Shown: in pieces, positions 12,198-25,300 of the stretch
How positions within the stretch are numbered: position 1 is the stretch's first letter
Layout: every line of letters starts with the position of its first letter
Origin: Phoronis australis
Taxonomy: Eukaryota > Animalia > Phoronida
Direction: 5' to 3'
Length of the DNA: 64,000 nt
Assembly (NCBI GenBank): GCA_002633005.1
Contig: NMRA01000526.1
Location: forward strand, 112,032-176,031
The notes under the pieces: generated by a model
Database searches by the model: none
Seen by the model: only the letters and a program-made list of their open reading frames with translations
Told to the model about the DNA's origin: nothing
Program-made: the position numbers and the translations under genes

Positions 12198-12570
12198 AAT
12201 AAAGATACCTTTTGGATCCGAAAAGCCGTACCTTGAGGTTTTCGGTTCACCACCAGCGGATGCGTCTCCTCTCTCGTTGTGGAATAAAACAATAAAGCAA
12301 CATAGGGATTTCCTAATGTCAAAGGGAATTCCGTAGCAGGTCCGAGTACACTGCAGGGAGAACAAGTCCACAGAGATCCTGGACTTGATCTCACTGCGGT
12401 GTACTCGGACCTGCTACGGGATTCTCCTTAACATTAGCGAATCCCCATGTTTTTTATTGTTTTATTCCACAGCTGGTGGTGAACTAAGTCCGTGAGAAAT
12501 GGACGAATCGGCTGGCAGTACACCGACAACCTCAAGGTACGGCTTTTCGTTCCAAAAGAGATCTTTATTT
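12198..12570. mobile_element. Foldback (almost fully palindromic) MITE
   Basis: Nested inverted arms: aaataaagata..ttttgga..gaaaagccgtaccttgaggtt / aacctcaaggtacggcttttc..ccaaaag..atctttattt, and a ~90-bp inner arm tgtggaataaaacaataaa...ccgtagcaggtccgagtacac...caagtcca / tggacttg...gtgtactcggacctgctacgg...tttattgttttattccaca, around a 9-nt loop. Confidence 0.85.
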
Positions 12571-13014
12571 AAATTACGTATTTTGGGTTTTTGAATATTG
12601 AATTCACGTTCCGGTATTTCAATGAAAAAAGTGATCTTAGATAACTGTGTTTTTGGTCTGCAATTATCAATGAAATGTTCATTTTTATTTGTGAATCCAA
12701 TCAATTCAATACCTTGTTTGAGTTACAAACAGGTGTTCTCATAACATTGTCCTTTTACTTTTTGAAGATTGTTTTTAAATCATTCAATTGCAAATTTCAT
12801 TTTAAATTCCTTACTAAAACAACAATCATAAAGTGTGTTTCCATGTCTCTTTTTCAAAGAGCAGAAAGCATTCATTTAGTACCTGTAGTTTTTACTTTGT
12901 GAAGGAATGAGTTTTAATTTTGCTAGAATTCTGTGTTGAGGTAAAATCCTGTTTTGCAACCAACGTGAAGCGTGGCACTCAAGTTACTCTACCATGATGT
13001 CATTGCATAAGCTA

Positions 13015-13592
13015 GCTACCGTGATGAACCGCATCCGGGTGGGACCGTGACGAATATCGTATGTCTGAATTAGCTCGAAATATTGACAGCGCTCGTGACG
13101 ATGAGTTTTCGCGCCAGAGCCCTTTGGTTTTGCGACAGTTTTCGCACCACGATACAATGGGAGACACGCTATAGCTCACCGTGGGCAGTGCAAAGTTTGT
13201 GAGCAACGGAGTTTTCTGAGCACACTGTCACCATATTAGCTACCCGTGAACTACGGTATGAGCATGGGCTGCGCACCATAGGGGGCTGGGGGGCTGTAGC
13301 CCACCACTATTATCAGTCTGTGCGGCCCATGGTCTATGGGTGCTGCACCACTTTAGCCCCCACTTTTTTCAGTGCTGCGCCGCCCATGATTCGGGACCAC
13401 CCGTGGCTACCTGCAGCGAAACTCCGTACTCCATCTGTGATAAATCTGTGATGCACCGAAGCTCGTAAAATCATAGTGCTTTGGCGAGAAAACGGACGAT
13501 CACGGCCACTCTCACGACTTCGAACTAATCAAACACGAAATATTAATATTCGTTACGGTCATCCCTGGATCGTTACGGTTCACTACAGTAGT
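13015..13592. mobile_element. Old palindromic element with a small MITE nested at its centre
   Basis: 13044-13150 (gaccgtgacgaatat...ttagctcgaa...gttttcgcgccagagc) aligns to the reverse complement of 13453-13560 (gaccgtaacgaatat...ttagttcgaa...gttttctcgccaaagc). Confidence 0.65.
13263..13388 (+). mobile_element. ~130-bp hAT-like MITE (CATGGGC...GCCCATG ends), family copy 1
   Basis: TIR catgggc/gcccatg. Aligns end to end with the reverse complement of 38294-38437. Confidence 0.8.
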
Positions 13593-15245
13593 ATGTGCGG
13601 TGGTCTTGCGGTGATCAGTCCATGACGATCATAGTGTTTCAACTTCACTACGGTATGCATAGTTTACGGCTCGCTGGTGCCTAGCCAGCACGTGCTGGCT
13701 ACTGGCCACCTAACGGCACGCAGGGAACCAGCGAGAGTTTACGGTAGAGATGCTGTGCGTGAACTTGGAATACACGAGGAAACTTGACAAGCTCACTCAA
13801 AAAATCACGTTCATATTGATAAAAATTTGGATTGCACTGATCAAATTACATGTTAAAAATGACACAAATTTTAACCAATATTTTTCAACTATTTGCGATC
13901 TTATTCACCAATAATACTTGATTGAACCATTCACATATTCCTCCGATTCTTTGACACAAGTTACGGTAAAGAGGAAAATGGGTGATGATGAGGCCAATAA
14001 TTACAAAAACTCTTTGCAGTGAACAAAAAATTTCACCTGATTGCCCAAATGAACATTTAATTCCAATACGCCATCATGAGATTAAGCAGGCCAAGTTCAC
14101 GCTCAGCAGAACTACGGTGCAGGCCTAGTTTTAAACAGTGATCACCACTGTTCAGTTTCAACCGGCAGTGGTCGTCTGTTTACCCGCTAACGGTGTTGTT
14201 ACAGTATTAGAAGGTTGATAAATCGGGACACCATAGCTCACTGTGGGCAGTACCGTTACAATCTGACAGCTCAGCGAGCTAAGGTGCATCACGGGTCATC
14301 ATCAATGATGGTGTAAGGTGGTTTCGGTTCGAACCACGTGTAGTCCCGATAAGTCGTGACAGTATGACGCGATATCCATGGGAAAACTATATGTGAGACT
14401 TTCCATACATTTTAATCTATCTGAAACCTTCGTCTGCAAATTTTGCTCGGGCAATTGGACTTACATCTTGTCTATTTACTGACAGATGGACTAAAACCAC
14501 AGATCCAACTAATATATCAACGCACTCACTTTCATAATTTTTACTCGACAATGTGTCTGTTATCAAATGCTGTTAATTCGCACTGAATTACATTATATAT
14601 ATCTTACGGGTTTTGTCATACGGTGAAAAAAAATGATTTATTAGACGACGCTAGTTCAAAAAAAGTGGATTATTAAAGCAGCTACAAATCCTTTTTTTCA
14701 TCTCAAAAACAACTACTTCCTTCTTAGTCTGTGAGCTATTTCTTCTCTTGTCCTTGTTCGAAACGAAAGTAGTTTCATTACTACGCTATAAATTCGCGTG
14801 GCTGGGCCATACTGTTTCAGCTGCTGAAACTAACCCGCCGTGCAATAACTAACTCTAAGCAGTCTTTTCTAATCTGAGTTAGGTACAAAGTGAGACCGAT
14901 TTTATCAATGATACATGACCTTAAACAAGAAATTTAGGGTTCATTGCACCATTATGTCCTTGAATTACCGCTTCATGAATATGCTTTTCATTTTAAATGA
15001 TAAAGATCAACATAGTTCGGTAGCAGACCTACTTTTTCGTTGTCTCTATACAGTCTCCTATCTTCAGGCGTGCAGTTATGAAGCAAAATACCAAGAGACA
15101 TAGGGGACGGACAAACAAGTTAAAATAGTTGCTGTATTTCGAGACCACTTTTCTCGTCATCAGGCAATAAGTGAAATGAACGTGGATGCTAAATAAATGG
15201 TGACAGCAGGTAGAAGTGCATGCAAGCAGGTAGCGTTTTGCTTAA

Positions 15246-17322
15246 AGGAGAATGCCACCCGATTTAATTAGTCTTTTTTACCGTCTTAATCGGTCTATAT
15301 CCACATCACCTCGTATACAGTCGATCTTACCTCGCAGAGAGGTGTCGCGTTCACCTGTGAGGAAGGTGAGAAACGACGTAGCGACGTCAGTGATTCTTCT
15401 GCAGAGTGAGTGCCGCTATGGTGTGGCATATCGCTCCCGCTTGTGCAAACTATGAAGCTGTGAGGAAAGCGGGTATATCACTTTTCCGATTTCCTCAAGA
15501 GCCCATAATGCCTCGTAAGTGGCTCGCGGTAGTGAAGAATGAAAGTCCATTAATGTATACCAAGAATGAGGCGGTGAATCTTCGCCATGTCTCAGTGGTC
15601 TGCATTTCGTCGGATCGGTTGTTCATCAGTTTTTGATTATGGAGAATTGTAGTTGGCCATGAAAACATAAAAAATTACAATTAATTCAAGGCGTGAGAAC
15701 ATAACGTTTTATATTATTATATTTTGTGATGACTGACTCGTTCGTGAGGCTTCTGTTTAGGCCTCTGGGTGTAGATGTTTTCGTCAGTTCTTTTTCTCAA
15801 CCTTCTCAATAAAAAACGTCGTAAGCACACCTCTGTTTAGATGTGGTGCAAAATCAGTATGGTCCGTGAGACGTGTCTGCGCTTCTCCAAGAAGGCGTTT
15901 CACCTGCGGAATTTCGTGGCTGCCAAACGCAAGCGTCAGTCGTTTCCATTATCGTGCAGTTAGCTCACTGACACCATGACAACTCATTCAAACGGTTTTC
16001 GGAACCATCATAGATTATAGACAACAGAATGTACTATAGTCTATGGAACCATGTATCCATTATATGTTCCATTGTCTGTGCACGTTCACGGAGCCTCTCT
16101 ATTATTTCTTGATCAGTGTATTCCGGTTCGAACTGATACCCTGTGAAACCTAACGATCGACCTGTGAAGTCTTAGTCGGATGAGCGCTCGTCTAAGTCGG
16201 GATTAGAGTTGTCACGTTGACGTGTATTATCATTGTGCGTTCTGTTTCAAAATGAAGATTCTCACCCTAACCAATGCTTATATAAAACTGAAACAAAATT
16301 TGTCTCATTTGTTATGCATTGTATTGTTCGTGAGTGTAAATGTTTTGAGAAGCCAGCTATGAATAATCACTGCGTTACCTGCTTTGGATGCCGGCAATAA
16401 ACTAATTGACAGACCGGGCACCGAGGCCGTGTGAGCGCATGCTAATTCAGTGTTTGCTGACAGAAAGGTGTTGTGAAACAATAACTCAAATATATATCCT
16501 ATTGTCAGATGTTAGGGGAATCTTTATTTAGACAGTCATATACATTATTCGAATCTTTGTAACTGTACAACTTTTGCCGCCCTCACGGTTCAGTGGAATG
16601 AGAGTAACCTTACTTCGCGACCGCCGACGATCTAGTAAGTAGATTTGCAGTTTCACGACTAATTCATCAAATTAATCACGTGCACATTTTTTCTTTGGCT
16701 CACTTGTATAGTCTTTGTGTGAATGGAAGTTTAGTCTCCAACTTTGGCTGGTTTATGTTTGTGATGTCTTCAGACCGGTCGCGATGGGCCTGATCGGATT
16801 CCCTAGCCACTGGCTGGGATAGCAAGCGTTTTGTGTGTTTAGAACTGAAAAAAATCGTGAGTCTAAAATTACTGCACACAGCTATGTTCTCCTGTCTGTA
16901 TTTCGCGGACGAGTAATTTGAATTTATCACCGAACATACCCCAAACTCCCGCGACCGATCTTAGTGACTTGGGCTCTTCGAACTTTGTAGGCTACGGTAC
17001 GTTCAAATTCCTAAAAATCCGTAACAGCGAAATAAAATAACACGTTTGTTCAATAACTTGGTGTATTTGTAAGGGTTTTACATCACATTTTGATGATTTA
17101 TTGGTGTAAAACGGTGAATTCAATCGATAAGCTGACACCAGTAAGCGTGTAACTGTTGTGAACTGCTGACAGATTGCATTCGAACATATGACGTCATTGG
17201 TTACTTTCAACACCTCTGTCTGCCGTCAAGTGTCAGGTAAAGGAGCTGTACTTGCTGTTATCGAGTGGAGCCACGTGATCTAAATTGGCACAAACTAGGT
17301 TGTTTTTGGGTGGCATTCTCCT
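15246..17322. mobile_element. Kolobok-type non-autonomous DNA transposon, 2077 bp
   Basis: Perfect 15-bp TIR AGGAGAATGCCACCC / GGGTGGCATTCTCCT, flanked on both sides by TTAA (15242-15245, 17323-17326). RR...YY termini with a TTAA TSD and an internal THAP remnant are Kolobok hallmarks. Confidence 0.88.
15418..15625 (+). pseudogene. Degenerate THAP zinc-finger domain (N-terminus of a Kolobok transposase)
   Basis: MVWHIAPACANYEAVRKAGISLFRFPQEPIMPRKWLAVVK shows the THAP pattern C..N...SLFRFP....KW. The terminal xxLHF (LSGLHF, ctc agt ggt ctg cat ttc) lies in a shifted frame and two zinc-ligand Cys are lost. Confidence 0.75.
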
Positions 17323-17425
17323 TTAAGTCGTCGAACAAAAAGTACAGCCGTACAGATGTAAATCATTCACTCTTTCGAAGAAAACATAGCTGTGATTGTA
17401 GTCCCCACTAACCTCATCTAAAATT

Positions 17426-17558
17426 TTGTTTAAAAATAACGACTGTCCTTTGCGAAGTAGAACATTAATCAAAATAAACGACTATAGCCCCAGTTCACCG
17501 GATGGCAATATTTGTTTAAAAATAACGACTTTTCTTGTGAAGTAGAACATAAATCAAA
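17426..17558 (+). repeat. Direct duplication of a ~48-bp unit
   Basis: tttgtttaaaaataacgact..t..tttg.gaagtagaacat.aatcaaa at ~17426 and ~17511. Confidence 0.8.
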
Positions 17559-17761
17559 CTATGTTACGCCTGAGGAAACGTTGTACTGGCTTTGCAAAAC
17601 TGTTACCCATCCTGTTTGTACATTGTTTTGTCATATGTCATTCATGTTGAGAATGCTGATCCTCCTGTTTTTGGAAGGGATAAATTTCTTCTTCAACAAT
17701 ATAAACTTATAATTTATAATTTAAAGGTTTGAACAAGGAAAAGGGCACAGGACTTTCACTA

Positions 17762-17890
17762 TCTCTCTCACACACACNNNNNNNNNNNNNNNNNNNNNNN
17801 NNNNNNNNNNNNNNNNNNNNNNNNNNNNNNNNNNNNNCACACACACACACACGCACACACACACACACAGACGCACACACAACACACACT
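17762..17890. repeat. (CT)n/(CA)n microsatellite spanning a 60-N assembly gap (17778-17837)
   Basis: Directly visible in the sequence. Confidence 0.97.
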
Positions 17891-17899
17891 CATTCTACA

Positions 17900-20200
17900 C
17901 TTCATCATTTAATAGAAATAACACTAAACAATGTATGAATTTAATACATAACAAATTCATTGCATGGAAGCACTGAGGCTCTCCCACATTCGAATTTTAA
18001 TATTGTCCGGTTCTTTTTGTTTTTGAAAATAAAATATTGTAATTTTAACACATTTCAACATGATTAACTCAAAGGCAGACCAATATGGACGCAATTGCTG
18101 TTGGTTACGTAAATAAATAAAATATTGGGCGACAGAGATAACATAATAAATCAATAGGGAGAATTCAAGAGAACTCAAATGGCAAAACATGAATTCATTC
18201 TTGGTTATTTTGAACATTAATCAACAATCTTTACACTACATTACAATGGAAAAACTTGTGTTCAGTATTCTGCACTAGATTACCGTAAGAACATTTATTT
18301 GAATTAAAAGCCTTCATCTTATATAACAAAAAATTAGTATACACTATGTTATGCAATAACATATACTTAAAAGATGCATGTGTCGAGGGGAAGTGTAAAA
18401 GGCAAGGAATATTGTTTTTAATTTCTTGTTTTGAGCAACGGTGCAACAAATTTTCAAAATTGTCTGTTTTTGCAATACTTCTGTAACAAAATGTTTTTTT
18501 ATTTTTTCTTTTGCAATTTTATTGTAATCTAAGCAAATTTTATTGTTGCAGGCAACCAACCGCTGATGACCTTAATTAATTTTTCTAGATAAAATACTAC
18601 AAATTGAATTAAAACTCAGAATCTGAAAATGTTTTAATTTATATTTTACCTTGAGCACTTCCCATGATGATAGCTTATTTTCAGTATCAATAAAGTCATT
18701 GATGAAACGTAGCCCATTCTTAGCAAAATCTTTATAATGTAGTGACTTGTTATTGAGTGTTATCTCTCTGTTATGCCATATAATCTGATCACAAGCAGGC
18801 AGATCTTTAAAAGCATTATGATTCAATTGCTCACTCACCGACAAAACATCTCTAAAAAAACATCATTTACCGTTCTAAACAGTTTGTTTAGTTTAAAATT
18901 ACATGACCACAACATTTCACCACCATAACACCTGAGGATAATTTTGTTGATAAAACTTCCAACTTCCACGTGCAGGAGACTGAAGTCTTTTAACTCAGTT
19001 GTCTAAAAGGCCTTAATTTATTGGGGTCATATCAGGGACTTTTAAACCACTACCTTCATTAGAGGCCATTGCAAAGCTTTTCTTTATTTTAGGTTGTTTA
19101 TCTGCCCAAATGATATCATTTAAAATTTTGTCGATTTGTTTACACAAATCCCTTGTCAATTCTAGGACAGATATGGCGTGAATCAATTTGGATAGCGCAA
19201 CAGTTTTAACTATCATGACAATTCTTCCCTTGATTGTAAATTTTCTTACTTTTCAAATATTTCAAAGTTTCCTAAATTCCAAAAAAATTTCTTAAAAATT
19301 TTGCCAATTTATTCCTATTCATATTTACCTATATATAAGCCAAGACATATAATATTTCTTTTTGGCCAATTTATGTCATACTCAGACTGGTGGCCTAAAA
19401 CATTCCTTCACATTTTCGCTTATTTAATTTAAGACCAGATACGTCACCAATTAAAGACATTTGAGAAATTCAGAGCATTTTGGTCTCAGACATTTCGTCC
19501 TGAATAAATAAGATTGTATCTTCAGCATACTGGGCTATTTTGAATGCCCATCAATACGCAATTCTTTGATTAAGGTGTTATTTCTAAGGTAATGGCTGAT
19601 GAGCTCCACACATAGCATAAAAAGCCGACTACTTAAAGGGTCTCCTTGACGAAGGACCCTCTTGGCGTTAAAATGATCACAAGTAAATCCATTGTTTTGA
19701 ACACAATACACAATATCGTTATATATTATTTTATCCCTCGTTGAATATATTTGGGACCAAACTTAAAGGCCATAGGGGTTTTCTGAAGAAATGGCCAATT
19801 TAAACTGTCATACGCTTTCTTAAAATTTAAGAATATAATTTGTCCATTAAGATTGTTATTTGTATAATACGATATTGTGTTCTGCTTTAATCTAATATTT
19901 TGACCAATGAATCGTTTTGAAACAGAAGTTTGGTGTGGATGAATGAAATTATGAATGTACTTATTTAGTCGGTTGGAAATAACCTTTGTAAATAATTTGT
20001 AGTCACGAATCAATAAGTAAACGAAACTGGTCGCCAATTTTCCAGATTTTTTAATCCATCTGCATTTGTACTTTTGGGGAAAAGTGAAACAACACTTTGC
20101 CTTTGGGACGTTGAAAATTTTCCTGTTTTAAAACTGTAATTATTACATACCAAAAGATATTGTTTAATAGTATCCCAAAATGTTTTATAAAATTCGAAGC
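17900..20200 (-). mobile_element. Decayed L1/Tx1-clade non-LTR retrotransposon (RT domain to 3' zinc finger), many stops and frameshifts
   Basis: Minus-strand fragments in the expected order: NWRPVS (~20040), DYKLFTKVISNRL..HPHQT..FIGQNIR..FKKAYDSLNW, RQGDPLS (~19650), QYAEDT (degenerate YADD, ~19530), KTVALSKL..IIW..GSGLKVPD, IIWHNREI..GLRFIND, and zf-RVT-like KCSYG..TEHKFFHC. Confidence 0.9.
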
Positions 20201-20706
20201 CTGGTGTTTTATTGTTTTGGGATTGTTTTAAAGCTTCATAGAGTTCATCCTCTGGGATCTCTTGCTGCTAATCCTCCTAAATGTCCTGGCTGGACTGATT
20301 CGTCCGTTTTCCAACTAGTCCTGCAATGTCTGCGTCAGTGGAATGTAGTGTGTAGAGGTCACCATTCTTCTCAGCTCTAACCTTCATAACAACATCACTC
20401 AGAAGAATATCTATCTCCGGTTTCTGCATTCCAAGGAATAAGATGTCAAATATTGGCTAACAGCTTAAAGGTTAAATTAAGTGGGCTAATTAAACTAATC
20501 AATCAATTTTAAGCCTCTATACAGTCACCAGGTGGCGAGACCGTCTCGTCTACGAATCGGCTCACTAAGAACTGCTAAACAACAGGGTGTTCCATCGAAG
20601 CAGGTATCTCGGTGAAAACTGATATACCGGAGTAGAAGCAGACTCCAGCACCTTAAAAACAGCTAACCAGGTAGACTGAAAAGTTTCATCTAAAAGTTGT
20701 AGGCCA

Positions 20707-22004
20707 ATGCAAGAGGACACGGTGGGGTAAGTGACTATAGAAATATCATTCGGTCACTTTTATGCATAAATTCTGGCATTCGACAAACACAAGCTTGTGA
20801 AGGAGAGTAGCCATGTGTAAAAAATAAATTCACGCGTTGTGAAGAAAGAGGTGAAGCCACTGAAACACGTACCTTATTTGATTTGCGTTGCAATTGACTA
20901 GCATTGTAAAATTCGCTTGTAAAGCACACGCCCGTTACTGCCAGTCCATCTTCACATGATATACGCGTTGAGTGTGGGTCAGTTTCAGTTGTAAACGTGA
21001 CAACATTAGCCAAAAGCTGAATAAATCTGACTAGACACCGATAACAACAATGAAATAATTAAATGAAAACAGAAGTAACTGGACAGCAGGAACATGAAAA
21101 CATAAAAGAATGCTGATGAGCAAGGACTCCTAGAAGTTTTGAGACAATCATCGACGGACATACTAGACGGATTCTGTAAGGAAACTGGTCGATTTAGAAA
21201 CCGTTCGACAGAATTTTGTTATTAAATTCTTAGCTTGTATAATTATCATATATTCATCAAAACGTCATCAGAAAAACTATTCAAAGCGGACCTTTTTCAA
21301 ACGGCATACTTTCCACTGGCCGACTAATAATACAAACCCTTGAAGTCCATTTTAAAGGATTCCAATACAGTGTACATAAAACCTTACAAACTTTGTGGCT
21401 TCCTGTGTGAAAAAAGAAATTTTTCACGACTGAGACTGCCGAATTAAACTGTTAAATATTACGTCACTATAACCTGACGCATGTTTAAGAATTAAGATAT
21501 GTTTGAAAAGTCCCGCTAGAACTTGTTACCACAATCATGCATAGAGAAAGTAATACCAGTGCCGAAAGGCGTGAAAAAAATACTGTAAGTACTTTTAATT
21601 ACTGCGGTGAAATGGCAACAGGTGGGTTCTTTTGTGACGCAAAGCTGTAGATTCAAAGTGCCATGATACACGTGCTCGAAAACTTGTGCCACGGTTGTCA
21701 TAATGCGTCCATAGAGATTTCTGGATTTGTTGCAAAGAACTTGTGTCAATCACTTCTAAAATTGTTTAGTAATAACAACACTTTTGAGAAAAACCGTTAG
21801 TAAATCTCTACTTTTCGTAAAACAGCGGATGTTTTTTATGTTTCGCGATGACGTAATTTTATTCTTATTTCTAATTCCAGCATCATCTGACACTCTTATA
21901 CTTTCACACGTTTTAAATGATATTGACTCGATTTATACACGTTTAACTTTGTTTTCTCGAAACTATTCTAAAACCTTTTATATCAGGAAGGCAGTCTTGG
22001 AAAG
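20707..22004 (+). CDS. Putative 5' exons of the EB-like gene (calponin-homology-like domain)
   Basis: One canonical phase-consistent model: 20707-20726, 21134-21175, 21272-21404, 21520-21549, 21651-21795, 21881-22004 (whole protein ~478 aa). Contains ILSTGRLIIQTLEVHFKG (EB1 QLCSGAAYCQFMDMLFPG), LENLCHGCHNASIEISGFVAK ([21 protein letters not shown]) and FSRNYSKTFYIRKAVLERQ (FDANYDGKDYDPVAARQGQ). Several acceptors are weak, so exon boundaries are uncertain. Confidence 0.45.
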
Positions 22005-22382
22005 GTGTTAAATCACGTTTATAGGTTTTGGTAGACGCAGGCGAAGAAATAACCCTATCCACTATCGGTGGAAAATTATTGTAAATCAAGTCACATCACC
22101 TGACACGATCATTTAAAAGCATAATTCTCCAAGTTTTTGATCCTCTGTCTGGATAAGTTTGAAAATGGGGCAAATATTCAAGAATAAGAAACGAGCCTGC
22201 AACATAACTCAAAAGTAGGCATGACCATCTGATCGTGATGCATGCTGAGAGATTGCATTTGCAGTTTTGTACAAACCCGCTACTTTGTAACTTTACACGG
22301 ACGTGAGAAATTGTTGAGGACGACGTGCCGATCACAATTACCACTATGTAATAATGTAACTCACCTAACGTGTTTAGTTTAG

Positions 22383-25300
22383 GCAAAAACGCCCTCCGAT
22401 GCCGATGGGGCTTGTTGGGAGGAACCTAGGGCACAAAGAGGCTGTGGCCTTTGGAAGTGCCCTGCCACAATACATGCAGAAAGATAAAAACGACAAGCGC
22501 CGACAAACGTTACCCGAGGTCTCATTTGCTGAGGTACCATATGATGAACAAGTAATTACACACATTCCTTTTATTTAGAACATGTTTCAGTATTAATGAA
22601 TCGATTTACCAGTAACTGTAAATACTCTGCAGTTTCGTAATTCATACGGACGCTTGAAATTCGATCATGATTTTTAAAAACACTTATATCGGTTTACGAA
22701 CGAATAGACATGTTTATGTATGTCACAAAACACACGGTGAGATTTTACATGAGTATGTGAGGCGTCAGTCCTCAACCCCGCATCGAAAAAAGTTTATTGC
22801 CCTGTCTATCATTTTCAGTTCGTTCCTGCCGGGGCAGTGAGTCAATCTCAAGCTACAATTTCATACAACGGCATGCTGACCAGTAATATAGCCCCGTTTA
22901 GTCCCGTGGAAGCGCCGTGGGTGTTGAACAACGGTGTCAATTCTGTCTCGACAGACTCTGTTAACCTGGGACAATGGCCTCCCACATGGACACAGCTGGA
23001 CTCTGGGTGCATCTTTCCCACTCAGCCAAGTCAGTTTACTTATCCTCACGGAATACTACGCATGCCCATGTTCACAACAGCTCAGCCAATCACAAGCAGT
23101 CAGTGTGTTTATACGAACAATGAATATTCTTATGTTCCAAGTACTTATAATACAGAGTATGGAATGCAGTTAAATCAACAACAGCCCATTTTATCAGATA
23201 TGGCAGTAGTAGATCAGGCGCAAGTGCAAACAGTCGGAACCATTGGTGACGACAAGAAAACAGTCAATGTAAGTAACTGAAGTACATTATAATAGCCTAT
23301 GCGTTTTTTGAAAAATAACAAGGATGAAAAACGACAAGACCCATTTTGTGACAGAATGAAGGCCAAATCAAGACTTTGGGGGTCGGGGACGTTTTTGTTA
23401 GGGGCGGAGCTCAGTTTTTAAAATTTTGCAATAGGCCTATCTCTTGCTAGTATGTGCACTTCATTGCAAACAGTCTGTTAACCAGCAGTTAATTTCCAAG
23501 TGATCTATTCGTGTGAATTAAGACTTCCAGACACAGGAAAATACAGTTAATCAAAATTTTTTTAAAAACCCACTTTCGTTGTCGTGGTGTATCAATTAGG
23601 TTATCTGAAATGCATGAGTATGGCAAGGAGTAAACAGAATGATTAGAAATTTTGGATCAAAGAAGTCAAAAGCCTTCACGTAAAGGAACACATCCATATG
23701 ACTAAGGCACTTTGCGTCTCAGTACAATTCACAAAGTTAATACAAATAGCGCGAGATCGAGACTGCATTTGAAATTACAATAATGGACCCCATCCTGGCT
23801 ATTGTGATTTTTTTGCGTCCTCTCATATCAACAGTACTTCTGTAAATTACACCAGTGTTTCAATTGAATATTGCTTTCATCTCTCAGGGGAGGCATTAAT
23901 TGAGCAATTCCGTGACAAAATCTATTTGGGATGTGAATGGAGGTTACCAACTGTAAATTTTTTGTTTGCTCAACGAATCTCAACTCAGAATAAATCAACA
24001 CGCCAAAAGTTTCCGCTAAACAAATTTAACTTGTGCTTATTCGGCAATGAAAGCAGATCGAGTGTCTCTCAAAAAGGCGAATAGATTGTCTCATGAGTTT
24101 GGCGATATCACATCAGTTTCCATGAGCTATTGTGGACGGCATACGACTTGCAAGTAGCTTTCACCTGAGAGTGATCAGCATTAAGAGTAATCAATGGTGG
24201 GCCGGTTGTATCATGGAAGGGTATCTGCTGCGACTGCTGTGTACTTGGGACCGATTTTTAGTAATAATTTGAGTCAACAATGAACTGGACTATAATTAAT
24301 CAGTGAATCAGAGTCTGATCTCCAAACTCAGATTTGAACCTTAAAGTTGTGTTGTGCCTTTTGTGGTACCTAAAAACGAAAACTGAATTGGCCTTCACTC
24401 CCATAAAATTGTCTCACAATATTCGCTGCCGACACGAACATCGAGAGCGTCAGCGACAACAGGCAAAAATACGCTTCCGGTTTTATTGGGGTTGGCAAAT
24501 TTGAAATTGGTGCATGTACCGGCACATTACAGTTGCCAGCTCATTAGGGGTGAGCGTGGAAATGTTTTTAAGGTTATGCAGGACCCTAGAAAAGTGAACA
24601 TCGTGTCTCAAAAACGGCTGACCGGACGCAAATGAAACTTTCACATACAATGCTTCGTGCGCTGTGCTCCACAACGTTATGAGTTGTTTAATGCCGGATC
24701 CACGTTTGCAGGAGGGCTAACAAAAATAAGACTATAATTACTTTTATGGAAAAAAATCACCAGTTACATGAAACAAAAACGAAATTATAATTTAGAAACT
24801 GAAAAACATTTTTGAGATTTCATCATGGACATTAATATCAAACGAAATTTGTTAACGTTATTTATGCCGTTGGTTTGCTATGAACGTACCCTTTTCTTTG
24901 CTAAATTTTACTAAAAAGGTATGGTCATGTGATCCGAAAGATGGCCTATTGGTGTAAAGGTAAAAATCTGATTCTATAGTCTTTCTTGGCTACTTTCAGA
25001 AAATAAATACTTCTACTGAGTAAAATTTTATAGTTTTGTACACATTTGACTGAATGCACAGATTTGCCGATTAACTTTTAACTCAACGTCCCTTCGGTTA
25101 GGAAGGCAACTAACGACGACATGCCCCTTAACCAATCCGCAATCGAGTACAAATGTTTAAGTTAATTCGAAGTGCGCCATGCAATTGGTGGATTTCTCAG
25201 TAGAACTTCGCCGGTACATAAATTAGACCGGATCTCACAGCAGTCTTCAGGGAAAACAGATGGGCAAAAAGAACAGTAGTTCGCAGGGTATTCACGGTAA

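Noticed and set aside
24483-24674. Crypton/tyrosine-recombinase remnant (TPNELATVMCRY)
   Set aside because: Resemblance is limited to about 12 residues, with no downstream catalytic motifs.
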